Under the pieces are notes generated by a model that did no database searches, was not told the DNA's origin, and was given only the letters and a program-made list of their open reading frames with translations. This document shows positions 46,922-60,140 of a stretch of 64,000 bases of DNA, one piece after another. The DNA comes from Chiloscyllium plagiosum (Eukaryota): the NCBI RefSeq assembly GCF_004010195.1, contig NC_057753.1:692330-756329 (forward strand), written 5' to 3'. The position numbers and the translations under genes are program-made. Numbering within the stretch: position 1 is the first letter of the stretch; each line of letters opens with the position of its first letter.

Positions 46922-49371
46922 TTAATGAGCGTATGTCAAGTAATATGGGAGCCAAGGAACTGATGATAGCTGGTCAAATTATTTGTTCCGTTCCTCCATG
47001 AATTCAGATAATGTTTAAGTTGAATCTTGCATAAATTCAGCCAATTTGGCAGGATATGGTATAACGCTACCTTGCAAATATCTCGCCGACTTAGTTGTTA
47101 TCATTCTAGTAATCCATTCAATTTTGAGAGAGCTATCTCCAGGTTTTGAATAGTGTTCATTGCGAAAAAACCTCGACTCGAGAATGCCCTAGGCATAATT
47201 CAAAATCATGACATCAAGGTGACATGGTTACGCAAAAATCTATTCTCAAGTTGTTGCCATTTGGACAGGTTGGGTTAAATAGCTCCTCCCCATTCTATAA
47301 TTTACAGAAGACATTGTCTCTGGAACCTGACTGCCAAAATTTAAGTCTAATTACAAGAATTATTTTTCCTTAAAGTTTTGGATTGCACTTCCAATGACAA
47401 TGGAAGGGCAGTGACCAGAAATAATGCAACATTGGCGAAATTCTCCACAGCAAAATATCACTTGCTCTGTATATCTGTCCATTTTACTCATTGTTCTTCT
47501 CGCCTGCCATTCATCATACAGTCCCGACCGTGTGGAAGCTGAGCATTCGGCCAATGACACCCACAACCGACTGTCTGAAAGTAACCCCGCCGACCCACAC
47601 TCTAATATCCCTGCAAGCCTGCATTTCTCATGGCTAATCCATATATACTTTATTTGATTGTGAGAGGTACCAAAGATTAAAAGTGAAGAGGGGACAATGC
47701 GCAAACTCTACACAGACAATCGCCCAAGGTTGAAATCGAATGCTTGTCTTCAGTGCTCTTCGGCAGGAGTGTCATCCTCTGAGCCGCCATTGAAGTGGCA
47801 CTTAATAACCGAGAAACAAAATGGCCTTTGTACCTTTGCACCTCTACTAAATCTGTGGTCGTTTTTTATCTATGATCTCAATCTGTCTCTCTTTCTTTAT
47901 CTCGCTGAATGCTGCACAAAACGTTGTGCCTCGGAACTGGTTCACACATTTCTTAATTCCAGCAACATTAGTACAGGACAATATTCATTATCTCAGGGCC
48001 GGGCAGGTGAGATCATCACAGATCTTTTCAGAAAGAATGACCCATTCTGCTTGAAAATCTCACTATTTCCAATCACAAAGTCATCAAAAGTATCTGCCTC
48101 AGTCAGTAAGTCCGAATTATTCCGCATTTCGTAGCTTCAGGCCCACTCACAAACTGTGTCCCTATCGCTCTCCGACAATCTACTCGTTTCTATCTTTCTT
48201 TGCAATTCGCCTCTTCATTATTCTTCAGATTCATAACCACAGAAAACGTTTGATCAAAAGGCTCGAGACAAGTGAATTAAGTTCAACATGACGATTATGC
48301 AACTTCTTCCGACTCGCTGACAGAGCACAATTTACGTATATACATGCACAAAAGAGTTGAAATATCATGGTACCGCCTTGCTCATATAACCTCAGACAAG
48401 TGTCAATGATTTTTCAGTGATGAAACATGTAGAAAACGTTAAAGGATTTAGCAATCTGATTTTTTTTCTCGCATATAGAAATATTTCTCACAACTCCGCC
48501 GTGTAAGCTATCCCCAGCCAGTACACAATCGTCATATAACTAATGACTGCAAGTTAACTTTTTTTTGTACTTGCATCCGTTTCCTGACCAGTTAAACAGC
48601 CAAGTCACGAGGGAGTTGCATATGCAGAAACTGCGCTTGCCTTCATTGTTTCTGTAACTTTATATAAAAAGCAACAGATCACGCCTCAAGGCAGCCTGTC
48701 CGGCTCCTTTTGAATACATCAGATGTTTTTCGCTCTCTGACGTTGAGGAACAGTTTCTACGTCTCAAATGAAAATAAGAAGTTTGATTTTTGTCTGTAAG
48801 TGCTGGCCCTGATCAGAAAGTGTGCGCTCCAGATAGAATGTGATAAAAAAATCGAAATACGCTCCACAAATGCATGTAATTCTGGACGTTGATTTTGAAC
48901 ATGTGCACATTTTACATAACGGTGCGATATATTAACTGATACAGAAATAAACTGAGACCAGAAGGGCATCCGGGAGCAAATTGAAGATAGAAAATGCAAG
49001 ATCTAGCAAAAGAAATATTTGACATGCAATTAGATCTTACTTTGGAATAGTTGCATGTTGGCGCTTGAAATTAATCATTCAAAATCTCTGCCTCCAAGAT
49101 GGTCTATAAAGAAGAATCACTGGAAAACTTTGCATTTATTTTCCTTTCTCTAAACTACCTGTACAGCACTTTGCTTACTGGGAAGGCAGGGCTAATGTAT
49201 GAAGGAAGATTAGAATGATTCGGTTTATATCCACGGTTTAGAAAAATGAAGAATGAATGAAGCCAAGCATTGAATATTTTAAGGAACGAGTTCAATATTA
49301 TTCTGACAGACAAAGGGGTAAGAGAGTTTGGACAAAAGCTGGAACAGGCAGATTGTTTTTAAAATTGCGAC

Positions 49372-49682
49372 AGTGTGGAAACAGGCCATTCAGTTCTGCA
49401 AGTCTATGTCGACTTTCCGAACAGAACCCCACCCACACCCACACGCAACCCTTTCCTTGTGAGGTTACATGTCCCAGGATTAATGCACCTCACCTACGCA
49501 CCCTTGAAATTTATGAGCAATTTAGCCAGTACAATCCAGCTAAACTCTACCTCTTTCAACTGTGGGAGGAAATTGGAGCACGCGGTGGAAACCCACACAG
49601 ACATGAGGAGAAGGTGTAATCTCAACACCGACAGAACCCGAATGCAGAATTGAAACCAGGTCCCTGGTTTTGTGAGGCAGGA
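49372..49682 (-). mobile_element. Degenerate HE1/V-SINE
   Basis: cagtgtggaaacaggccattc...tgtgggaggaaattggagcacgcggtggaaacccacacagac...gtgaggcag aligns by eye to the young copies. Confidence 0.75.
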
Positions 49683-49769
49683 GATAGATGACGACCAATG
49701 ATCATATTAAATAGTAGACAAGATAGGAAAGGCCCAAAAACCAACCATTTTGCTCCTATTTTCTATTTT

Positions 49770-51770
49770 TATCTATTCATTTGTTGACTATAGGTGTCGC
49801 TGGCTGATCAGTACTTTTCCCATCCCTTTTGCCCTTCAGAGGTCGTTGATGAGCTCTCGTCTTGAACCACTGCAGTTAATTTGCACGAAGTTCACACACA
49901 ATCCATTAGGGAGGGAATTCCAGCACTTTGAACAAACGAGAGTGAAGGAACGGATATATATTTCCAAGTCAGGACAATGAATGTCTGGGAAGGAAATTTG
50001 AACGTAGTGGTGTTCCGATATCCTTAAATTTACAGATCGAAATTTTTTTGGGTATGGAGAGTGATGTCTGAAGATGTGTGGCGAATTCCCACAGTGCATC
50101 TTGTTAATAGTATACACTCCTGCTACTGAGCATCGGCAGTAAAGTGAGTGGATGCTTCCGAATACGCTGCCAATCAATTTGGCTGCTTTGTTTCCGTTGG
50201 AGTCATGTTTCTTGAGTGTTTTGGGGGCTGCACTCATCAAGGCAAGTGGGGGGGGGGGGGGGGGGTATTCCAAGATACTCCTGACCTGCAGCTTTAGATT
50301 CTGGGTGGGCTTTGAGGAGTCAGGAAGTGAGCTACTTGCCGCAGTATTTTTAGCCTTTGACCTGTTCTTGTGGCATTTATGTTCCTATGCTGAATCCAGT
50401 TGAGTTTCTGGTCAATGTCAACCCCCACGATGTTGATGATGGTAGACACAGTGACAGTAACACCATTGAATGTCAATTGGTGGTGATTAGATTGCCTCTT
50501 ATTGGTGCTTTTCATAGCGTGGCATTTATTTGACACGAGTTTTATTTCCTAGGTAAAAACAATGACTGCAGATGCTGGAAATAACAGTCGTGGATTAGTG
50601 GCGCTGGAAAAGCACAGCAGTTCAGGCAGCATCCGAGGAGCGGGAAAATCGACTTTTCTGGCAAATGCCCTTCATCAGGAATACACCCAGAGTGCCTGAA
50701 GGCCACCCTCCTCTCATTTATCTCTCCACCCTTCACGCACTCTGCCTGTATTCCTGATGAAAGGCTTTTGCCCAAATCGTCAATTTTCCTGCTTGAACTG
50801 CTGTGCTTTTCCAGCGCCACTAATCCATGAATGTTATTTCCTCCTTGTTAGCCCAGTATTTGTTTCAGATCTTGTTGCATTTCAAGGTAGAATGCTTCAG
50901 TACGTGAGGAGTCACGGATGAAGCAAACCATTTTGCAATCATCCCGAATATTCCCACTTCAGACCTTATGATGGAATGAAGGTTATTGATGAAGTGGCTG
51001 AAGATGATTGGGCCAAGGACAGTAGCCTGATGAAATCCTGCAGAAATGCCTTCGACCTGAGATTACTGAACTTCCATAGCCACGAGCATCCCCTGATGTT
51101 CCAGGTATGCCTTCAACCAGTTGGGCTTTGCCCCGATAGCAATTGATTCAATTTTTGCTCGGACTCATTGATGACAAACTTAGTGGGATGCTGCCTCGAT
51201 GTCAAGGACTGTTACCTTCTCCTCACCTTTGGAATTAAGATCTTTTGTCCATATTTGAATCAAAGCTGGAATGAGATCCGGAGCTGGGTGGCCCTAGCGG
51301 GTACCAAACTGAGCATGACTGAACAGGTTTTTGCTGAGCATGTGCTATTGTAGCATTGTTGGTGGCACCTTCCATTGCTACACTGATGATCGAGAGGAGA
51401 CTGATGGGACTGATTTGTGCAGCTTATTGTGTACAGGACATACCTGGGCAATGTGCGACCATTGTTGGGTAGACCCCAGTGTTGTACATGTGCTGGAACA
51501 GCTATGCTACGGAAGGAGTAAGTTGTGGAGCACTAGTCTTCACTACGATTTCCGGAATGTTGTCAGGGCCTATAGCATTTGCAGTATCGAGTGTCACCTA
51601 TCGCTTCTTGATATCACGTGGAGTGAATCGAATTGTCTGAAAATTGTATCTGCAATGCTGGGAACATTGGAGTACGCAAAGATGGATCATCCACACAGTA
51701 CTCCTAGCTAAAGATGTTGCAAAAGCATAAGCCTCATCTTTTGCTCTAATGTGCGAAGCGTTTCTATCGA
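49770..51770 (-). mobile_element. Degenerate non-LTR retroelement (CR1/L2-superfamily-like), approximate bounds
   Basis: Minus-strand remnants NIVGVDIDQKLNWIQH...RTGQRLKILR and VYTINKMHC..SP, and SKCWNSLPN. Interrupted by a G18 run (50248-50265) and the 50551 element. Confidence 0.6.
50551..50841. mobile_element. Palindromic hammerhead-family element with two inverted, mutated ribozyme motifs
   Basis: Inverted arms. Minus motif CUGAUGAAGGGC..GCCAGAAAAGUC (50647-50682) and plus motif CUGAUGAAAGGC..GCCCAAAUCGUC (50750-50785). Flanking direct repeat ttatttcct. Confidence 0.75.
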
Positions 51771-54700
51771 AATAATTATTAGCTCATCAAAGGAAATGAG
51801 CACTTACATGTTGTAAAAAAATGTCAGCACCAGGTTCACAAATGAATGACATTGAAAGCCCACCATATTGACCAGGAAAATAGGTTTAATCACTTAACTT
51901 AATGGGACTCAATGAAACATCCCGTATCATTTCCATTGAATTTAAAGGACAGTTAAATGATGAAACCGTAAAGTGGGCTGACTTTGATTCTGTCAAATCG
52001 CCCCGAGAGGTATTCTGCCCTCAAATAATTTTCCTCTATTCCATAGGCAGAGAATTCTAACCAACAATTTCTCGGAGAATTTTATTATAGTTGTGAAAAA
52101 ACGACAGCTCAAAGTGTATGAAAATGCTGCATGAAATTTATCTGTTCATTAATGCACGACATTATGCCTCAATTAGCCAAACGTTTGAAATTGGAATCAG
52201 TGTTCAACCGCTATAAGACTACAGCAGAACGAGGGGCAACCTTCCATTCATTCGACGCAGAATTGTGCATAAAGAATGAGATACAGCATGGGTTATGACC
52301 TTAAGTGCTTCTCAAGGTTGCGTGAATCTGTGGGGTTCTCCTGTATTTATATGTGGCAACAATGAGAGAGGGGAATCAGATTTACATTGTGCAATGGCTA
52401 CTGAGAAAGCAGCGTCATTGAGCTGTCACAGTGCATTATAAAGAAAGGTCGGCATTGAGTTTAATTTAGTTTTGAAACAGGGTTGCGAGAGAAGGCAGAC
52501 CATTTGAGTTAATTTAGCCAAGATATTGGACCAAGGGCCGTCGAGTGAGCGATGTAGTTCGCAGTCATTTTTACAGCCTATGGAGAGTTGGAGAATTGTA
52601 AAACTACTTCGGGATTGTTGCAATGTATGACGGGTGATTAGGCAGTACAGTTATTTGCAGAGGCATATGGGGTAAAGTAGAGGAAGTTGAGCTCTGGTGT
52701 TATTGTTCAGGACTGAAGAAGAACAGGGAAATGCCACAGGTTTAATTATCATCATCTTGCATCACAAGGTGAGAAATGGCAATGTTTGCTTATTATTCTA
52801 CAAAGTTAAGCCCTACCTAGGACTGCTCGGATTCTGAAAAGTCCATAGACAAACAGAGAAAGTCCTTGACAGCATTGGGGCTTTGAACTGAAGTGCCAAA
52901 CAGCACAGGAAATAAGTACTGACTCATCATCATCAGGAAAAAATCTCACCATTGCCTCTTCACGTTCAATGTTATTAACAGTTCTCAAATCTGTGTTATC
53001 CATATCTTAGTGTTTAGTATTTAGCCAAAACTGACTGCATCAATCACATAAATACCATTGCTGCCAGAACACACCCGAAAGTTACAATTTCGCATTGCAT
53101 AATTGAACTCCTGACTTCACAATGTTTTCGCTATAACTACACATCAGTACTCCCATATGTGATGAAACCTTTCCATTGACTCAGATGAGTGCAGCTTCAT
53201 CAGCATGATAGAAGCTGACACCAGCCAAACAAAGCATGTCCATTTGATTGGCAGCTCATCAATCACCTTCAACGAGCACGACAGTCGCACACAATTCCAA
53301 AAGTGTGTAATATGCACTAAATTCACATCCAAAGATTTTTGATGACATTAATTTCCGAACTGCGATACTGAAACAGCGACAATCGCAAGGGACGCCAATG
53401 CATATTCACTTTGCCAACTGCAAATGCTCTTCTAAGCCATACACAATACTGACACAGATTTCGACCAACATTCCTTTCATAGTTGATATTTGCAAATCCT
53501 GGTATCGTTTCCAACAATGCCTGTCAGTATCTTCACAGGGAATGATGAAATTTAAAAAAGTACCCACCCGCCACCCCCACATGGTAATTTAGGAATGGTA
53601 ATACTCAAATATATAGTGTCCTGGTCAGCGATACCGCCATCCGATGATGATTACAAAGTGTTATGATGAGAGATTTATGCAGGGTTATGGAGAAAAGGGG
53701 AAGCTTTCCATCATTTTCAGATTAATACAAGGTGAACAGATGCGCAGAATTTCTTTTGGAAAAGAAAGTGGTGCATGGTTAAAGACTGAGATTCTGGAAA
53801 TAATGTGAGTTATAATCTGATGAAGGAGAATGGCAATTAATTTGATTTCTGTTAATACAAGTCTGCGCAGAGAGAGCAATGAAGAGTGATTAGTTTCAAA
53901 CTGTTAGAGGGTTAATAGGTGGACAGAGTCCAAATAAAATGTATAGAGATTATTTCTATAGCAAACTAAGTTTGCTACGCTTTTGTTTGGTACATGGCGA
54001 CCAAAAGGCATCTTGCCTCAGTCACTTTCATATTTTTCTCTGAGTCATGTGTAACCATGGACACTGTTCACCACAGTAATCAGTGGCATGCAGCGTTCCT
54101 ACACAGGCTCGCTGGCTTGCTGAAAACTGTCAGTGTCAAAAAGGAAGTCATTCATCATTGTCTTCAATTCTTGACATTTAACGGAGAAAACGAACTCTGC
54201 ATATTTGGGTCGATCTAAGCTTAACAACAGATTGTTGCAACGTTTGTGTGGAATATTCATTCCTATCAAGCCGACCATCTGCGATATGTTTAAATGTGTT
54301 GTCCTAAATTTTGTCTTTTCCTTTAGTAATTCATTCTGTCATGGTTACTTAGCCTTGTTCGAGATCTAAACTGGGGAAATTTGATGTACATTAGCTGCGT
54401 CGGAAACCACTTCTGGGCCCTTGATATCCCTGCTTTACAATATGTTACGCATTATCACGTAAACTATTATTTATAAAGAATGGAATGTATCAACTAAACT
54501 GCTCGGCATGTTTGGACACGTCTTTAGGGCAGTTGAGACCTGATCCTAAAACGTCAGTACCATGCCTCAGACAATATTACAGCGACGAAGCATTCACTGA
54601 GCGTTGTGTCATTGGAGTCTTCTCAAATAGTTCGAATCAGTTTCCAGCCAGTGCATCGAAATAACTTGTTTTTTTTCTTTCTTATAAGTAACTATGGTTG

Positions 54701-56563
54701 TTTCTCATTAACATGTGATTATTTAATTTCGAATCTTCAAGTGAGCATAACATTGGTAATGCTGAGAATATTTTTATGCTTCTATGATTAGAGAAAACAT
54801 AACACACCTGCACACATGGAGACACCTGCCTGGAGCGGGAACTCCAAGGAGATATATCATTTCTCATCATCTGTCTCTCTTTCATTGACTGTCCGACATC
54901 CCAGAAGCAGATCATTCAGTGTTTAAATATGTTTTTATCGTTTCCAAACTCAGTTTCAAATGAATTTGATCAATGCACAAGACCACTTGGAAGGATTCAG
55001 GTTAACATGACGTGGCACGGAACAAAACATTTGAAGAGCAGGTCGATTTACATCTGATACCTATACTGCAATTGAAATTGATACTGCTCTTTCTACACGT
55101 TATCCTATGTAATTCGACTGATCTGAATACGCTTTGACTTGATATCACTCAAGTCGACATAATTTGTCTTGAAGTCTCCATCTGCTATTAGCAGTGGTGA
55201 GCGGAGAGGCAATTGGAAAAGCATACCATCCTTTGACCACAATATGTTTACTGATTTAATTGCTCACTTTGTTAGCTTTCAAGTTACACTATGTTTGCTT
55301 GTGAAATGCAAAGAACATTTGAAATATCCTATAAACGTTTACTTGAGACATTTTCAGCGCTCCAGCATGTCACTTCTTCAGGGTGTATATACATTGGAAT
55401 ACAAAATCAAGTTATGCAAGTTGCGAGCATCACAGATTCAATGGTGAAGATGTGCCACAGTCTGATGAATTGGCATTTCACCATCTCCTGTAGTACACCA
55501 AACAGGATTTCAACAAGACACCCAATACCTGAAAAATAATTGTGTCTGAATATTCCAAACAAACATTTAACATCATTAGTATTTTGATTCCATTTCCATC
55601 TACTTTTACAGCCTTCTTTGCTCAACATTCAGATTCACAACTTCAGATGATGAACATTGTCATTAATTTCGAAGCTTATTTTTCCTCAGAGTGTTCTTAA
55701 TTCTTTCAGAGTGACTGACTTCATTTGAACCGTTTACTGCCCATTTTCATTCACTGTGGAACAATGTTATGTCTCGTTTGTGCAATAACCCCAACAACTC
55801 TTTTTTTTTGTCTCATTGTGCAATATGATCTTCTGTCACCCTAGTCTCGAAACCTTTCCTCGAGCTTCCGTTTTGTTTATGTCATTTTCATTGTTCGGCA
55901 CTTTGCAGACTCCAAGACTCAATACTGGATTCTATAGTCATGACTCGTTTTGTCCCTTCACACCTCAATGAACACCCATTAAACATCCCTATTTCTCTTT
56001 CAACATCATTAACAAATGGTTTGTTTTTGTACCAGGCCTCGTCATTACCTGTTGTCTTCGCATCTTCTCTACTTCTTTCAGAAACATTAAATAAAAAAGC
56101 CTTTCTATACCGGTGAGTTTTGAAGAACAGTCACACTCAACTTGAAACATTAACTTTGTTTCTTTCTTCACAGGTGCTGCCAGATATGCTGAGTTTAATC
56201 CAAAAACTGCAACAGTTATTTCATAACGCTTCTTTGTCAGTCTACTCATCTTTCCAATACACTGCACGACCGATGGTAAATTTGGGGGAATTTCCTCATC
56301 TGGCATTCTTAAGTCCCAATGACAAACGCATTGTACCAGCCTGGATCAATCGATGCAAGGATTCACATGGTTGATGGGAAATGGTGAATCTTCTCTGCCA
56401 TACCATTGTAGCGACACACATTGACAGTATCAGGAAGCATCCCAGTGCACATTGAGGTATTGCAGTATTGAAACATTTTACACAGAGTGAATTCAAATGC
56501 TCAACGACAGTCAGTTGAACAAAAGACCCTCTTTTATTTCAGTTTGTTTTTCGAAATAAACAG

Positions 56564-56811
56564 GCGACTGACTGTGTGGAGTTTGCACTTTCTCCCCGTG
56601 TCTGCGTGGGTTTCCTCCGGGTGCTCCGGTTTCCTCCCACAGTCCAAAAGACGGGCAGGTCAGGTGAATTGGCCATGCTAAATTGCCCGTAGTGTTAGGT
56701 AAGGGGTAAATGTAGGGGTATGGGTGGGTTACGCTTCGGCGGATCGGTGTGGACTTGTTGGGCCGAAGGGCTTGTTTCCACACTGTAATATAATCTAATC
56801 AAATGTAATCT
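56564..56811 (+). mobile_element. HE1/V-SINE, 5'-truncated
   Basis: V domain and tail present. TSD aataaacag at 56555-56563 and 56812-56820. Confidence 0.9.
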
Positions 56812-57989
56812 AATAAACAGTTATTTCGATTACATGCCAACAAATGCCTAAAATAACATAATATCAGGAAGCGACAAAAACAAAACCGACATTGTGTGCA
56901 AATTTGCATCAGTTTGCAGATTATTTTGTGGACATGGAGAATAATACAAATCCTCAGCAGACCATGAAAGTCTGGGTGTGATTGCCTGTATAAATATAAC
57001 TGCCTATATTCTCTGAATGCGCAAATACTTGTGGGGGTATTGAGTGCAACATTCCTGAGCAAAACTTGCTGAAGACACGGACATGTTGAGATTTTTTGAC
57101 AAGGTTTGCAGCTCCGCTTGTGGAGCAGGTTGTTGTTTTGCTCGTTGTGCTAATGGTTTTGCTTTCAAAAGTTTCATTGCCATGCTCGGTAGAATTATCA
57201 GTGAGCCTCCAGTGAAGTATTGCTATTCTGTGATCTTGCTCCTGACGTGCCTTGGTTTGTTGTGGTGGGTGGCATCATGTTCGGTTCGACTTCTGAGAGG
57301 TTCATAAATGGGTTCTAAATCTGTATGTTTCTTATCGGAGTTCTGTTTTCACATCCAGGGATATCGTAATTACCATGTGTGTTTGTTTGACATGACAAAG
57401 CATGGATGAATTTTTCAAGTAGAAATGGATAGACAGACATGCAGGCAGGTAGGCAGACAGAGGATGCGACTTTTTTTCCTGTGACAGGTTATAAACAAAA
57501 GGTTCAACAGCTATTTGGTTTGTACTACTGACTAGTTTTAAACATTGGAACCTCAGCTGGGAACATCCCAAAGTGCAGGAAATAATATGGATTGAAAAGC
57601 CTCAATGGGCAGGACGTTCATCCTCTTGAAGAGTTTTGAGTGCCGCATGGAATCTATTTTTGGAAGTTAGAATTCTCGCTCAGAACATATAGAAAATGAT
57701 GAACAAATGATTGAACAATAACATGCTGATGGACAAAATAAATATTATAGAATTGCAAAAAGTGCTTTGAAAGCATCTGCTTTGAAGTTCATGCAGAAAT
57801 GTGGAAAATAGTCAGCGATGGCCGGGTTATGGAAATACTAAGTTTCCGATTTGCACATTGATACGTTTGAACGAAAGTAAGTGTGCAGAGATCGACGGAG
57901 AAGTCAGAAATCAGGTTACAGAGATATTGTTATTCATAGCTGACTTTTGTACGATGGGATGAGTCGATAGATAATAGATAGATAGATCG

Positions 57990-58195
57990 AGGCAGAAGTG
58001 GCTACTGCAGATGCTGGAAATTAGAGTAAAGATTAGAGTCGTGCGTGAAAAGCAAAGCAGGTCAGGCAGCATCAGAGGAGCAGGTAAATCGACGTTCCTT
58101 CCTGATGTAGGGCCTTTGCCCGTAACGTCGATTTTCCTGCTCCTCGAATGCTGCCTGACCTATTGTGCTTTTCCAGCACTTCTCTAACCTCGATT
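57990..58195. mobile_element. Palindromic hammerhead-family element, core mutated
   Basis: Plus-strand CUGAUGU-AGGGC(CUUU)GCCC-GUAAC-GUC has two core substitutions. Inverted arms gcaggtcaggcagcatc/atgctgcctgacct. Confidence 0.7.
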
Positions 58196-59619
58196 TACTG
58201 TTTCAAATATACTGAAGACTGAAGTATACAATGACTATGCAACAACACACATAAATTTTCAGGTTTTTGAAAGTGAATGACAATTTCAGAAATTGAATCG
58301 ATTATTCAATGTTGGATGCTGTAAACTAATTCTGGCAATGTTTGGAAGCATACGTAGACGACAGAGAAACCGAATGATGAAATAGCATCAATCATAAGGG
58401 AGAGGTTAAGATCATAAGACCAAAAGAAATAGTGGTTGAAGTAAGGCCATTCGGCTCATCGAGTCCACTCCGCCATTCAGTTATGGATGATGTGCATTTC
58501 AACGCCAATTACCTGCACTCTCCCCATATCCCTTAATTCATTACGAGATTAAGAATTTATCAATCTCTAGGTAGCAGAGATTAAGGAGGGAGGGCGGGCA
58601 AAGTATGAATGAAAGTATAGGACATACGAATCAGGAGTTAAAAGCAAGGATAGGAATTTAGAAAAAAACATACATCGTTAAGAAAAGAATGAACACATTA
58701 AAATATCTTCCCGATATAGCACGATTGAGAGAAAGCAGTTATATCCATGACACACGACTTTCCAATCGTCTCCCCCCAACCCCAACAAGAATGACCCACC
58801 CTGACCTTCAAACCCGGAAAAGGTACTTTGAAAAACGACTTATCTGTATCTACTTCATTCTCTTTGAAGATGAGACCGACATTTATGTACTCTCCAAAAG
58901 TATTTGCAAGAATATGGTGATAACTAACATTCTTAAACTGCGTAAATCCATGCTTGCTGATGTATTCATAATGTAATTTGCATGGGTGTTCTATTGTTAT
59001 GGAACAGAGTGTCCAAGCATCTACCTGGGAGAAGAAGTACTGAAATGCACTAGATAATGTGACAGCATTTTAAAAAGGAGGCTGACAGGTCAATAATACA
59101 GATATATTCGTCGAAGAATTGCAATTGAGTTACGTTGTTAGAATACAGTTGCCACTATGACAAAAGGGTAGCGAGAATAGAAATTAATGCTTCGCCATAT
59201 ATAGATTCCTTACTGGAAAAGCAACATCTGAAGTGCAAGAATGACTCTGACAATTTCCATCTCCAACACGCTGAAGAACAAAATATTTAGAACATTAATT
59301 AATTTATTCACGTCTCCCTGTTTTCAGGATTTATGTCCCACTTCATGAAAGCCATCTTGGATATTGATATTGTAACAATATCTCCAATTTATTTCCAATG
59401 CAGGGCAATATTTCGCGCTGTCTGTCTCAGCGAGAGGATTGATGTGTTTGTGACAAAACTAAGAATGATCCCAACCGATGTTCTAACAGTGCAGGGTCAG
59501 TTTCTTTCAGAATTTATCTTTCAGTTTTCCCACATATCTCAGAGTGAGCACTTTAATGTTTCGCTAAAGAATCAAAGGTACGTTTGAGAGGGGGAATGCA
59601 GAAATTATCGATTTAAAGA

Positions 59620-60140
59620 GGAATAGAGTGGTACAGCACGAAAAAGATCCTACGATCTCACTCCTCCATGCCGATCAGACATCCTAACTCAATCTAGCCT
59701 TATTTGCCAGCAGTTGTCCCATATCCGTCTAAAAACTTTCTATTTGGATACCCCATCCAGTTGTCTTTTAAATGCTGCAATTGGATCTGTTTCCACCACT
59801 TCCTCTGGCAGTTCCATTCCAAACACACATGCTCTTTGTGAAAAAAGTGCTGCTTCGGTCCCTTTCAAATTTTTCCCCGCTCATCCTAAACCTAGTCGCG
59901 ACAGTTGTGGACTCTCCTACTCCAAGGAAAACACTGTTTGTGTTTGCCGTATCCATGTCCCTCATGATTTTATAAGCCTCTACATGGTCACCACCACCCT
60001 CACCCCCAGCATCCAACGCTTCAGGGAAAACAGTCTCAGCCTATTCACCCTCTCCCTACAGCTCTTCAAACCTGACAGCATCATCGTAAATCTTTTCTGA
60101 AACTTTTCAAATTTCACAACTTTTTTCCTATAGGAGGGAG
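59620..60140 (-). mobile_element. CR1 LINE 3' fragment
   Basis: Minus ORF GDHVEAYKIMRDMD...FFTKSMCVWN. Confidence 0.75.

Noticed and set aside
50248-50265. G18 run as a functional G-quadruplex or switch element
   Set aside because: A single homopolymer within a decayed LINE, of uncertain assembly length.
16332-58990. Scattered perfect octamers (16332, 17159, 32255, ~56902, ~58976) as enhancers
   Set aside because: Several are expected by chance in 64 kb of AT-rich DNA, and these lack supporting motif clusters.
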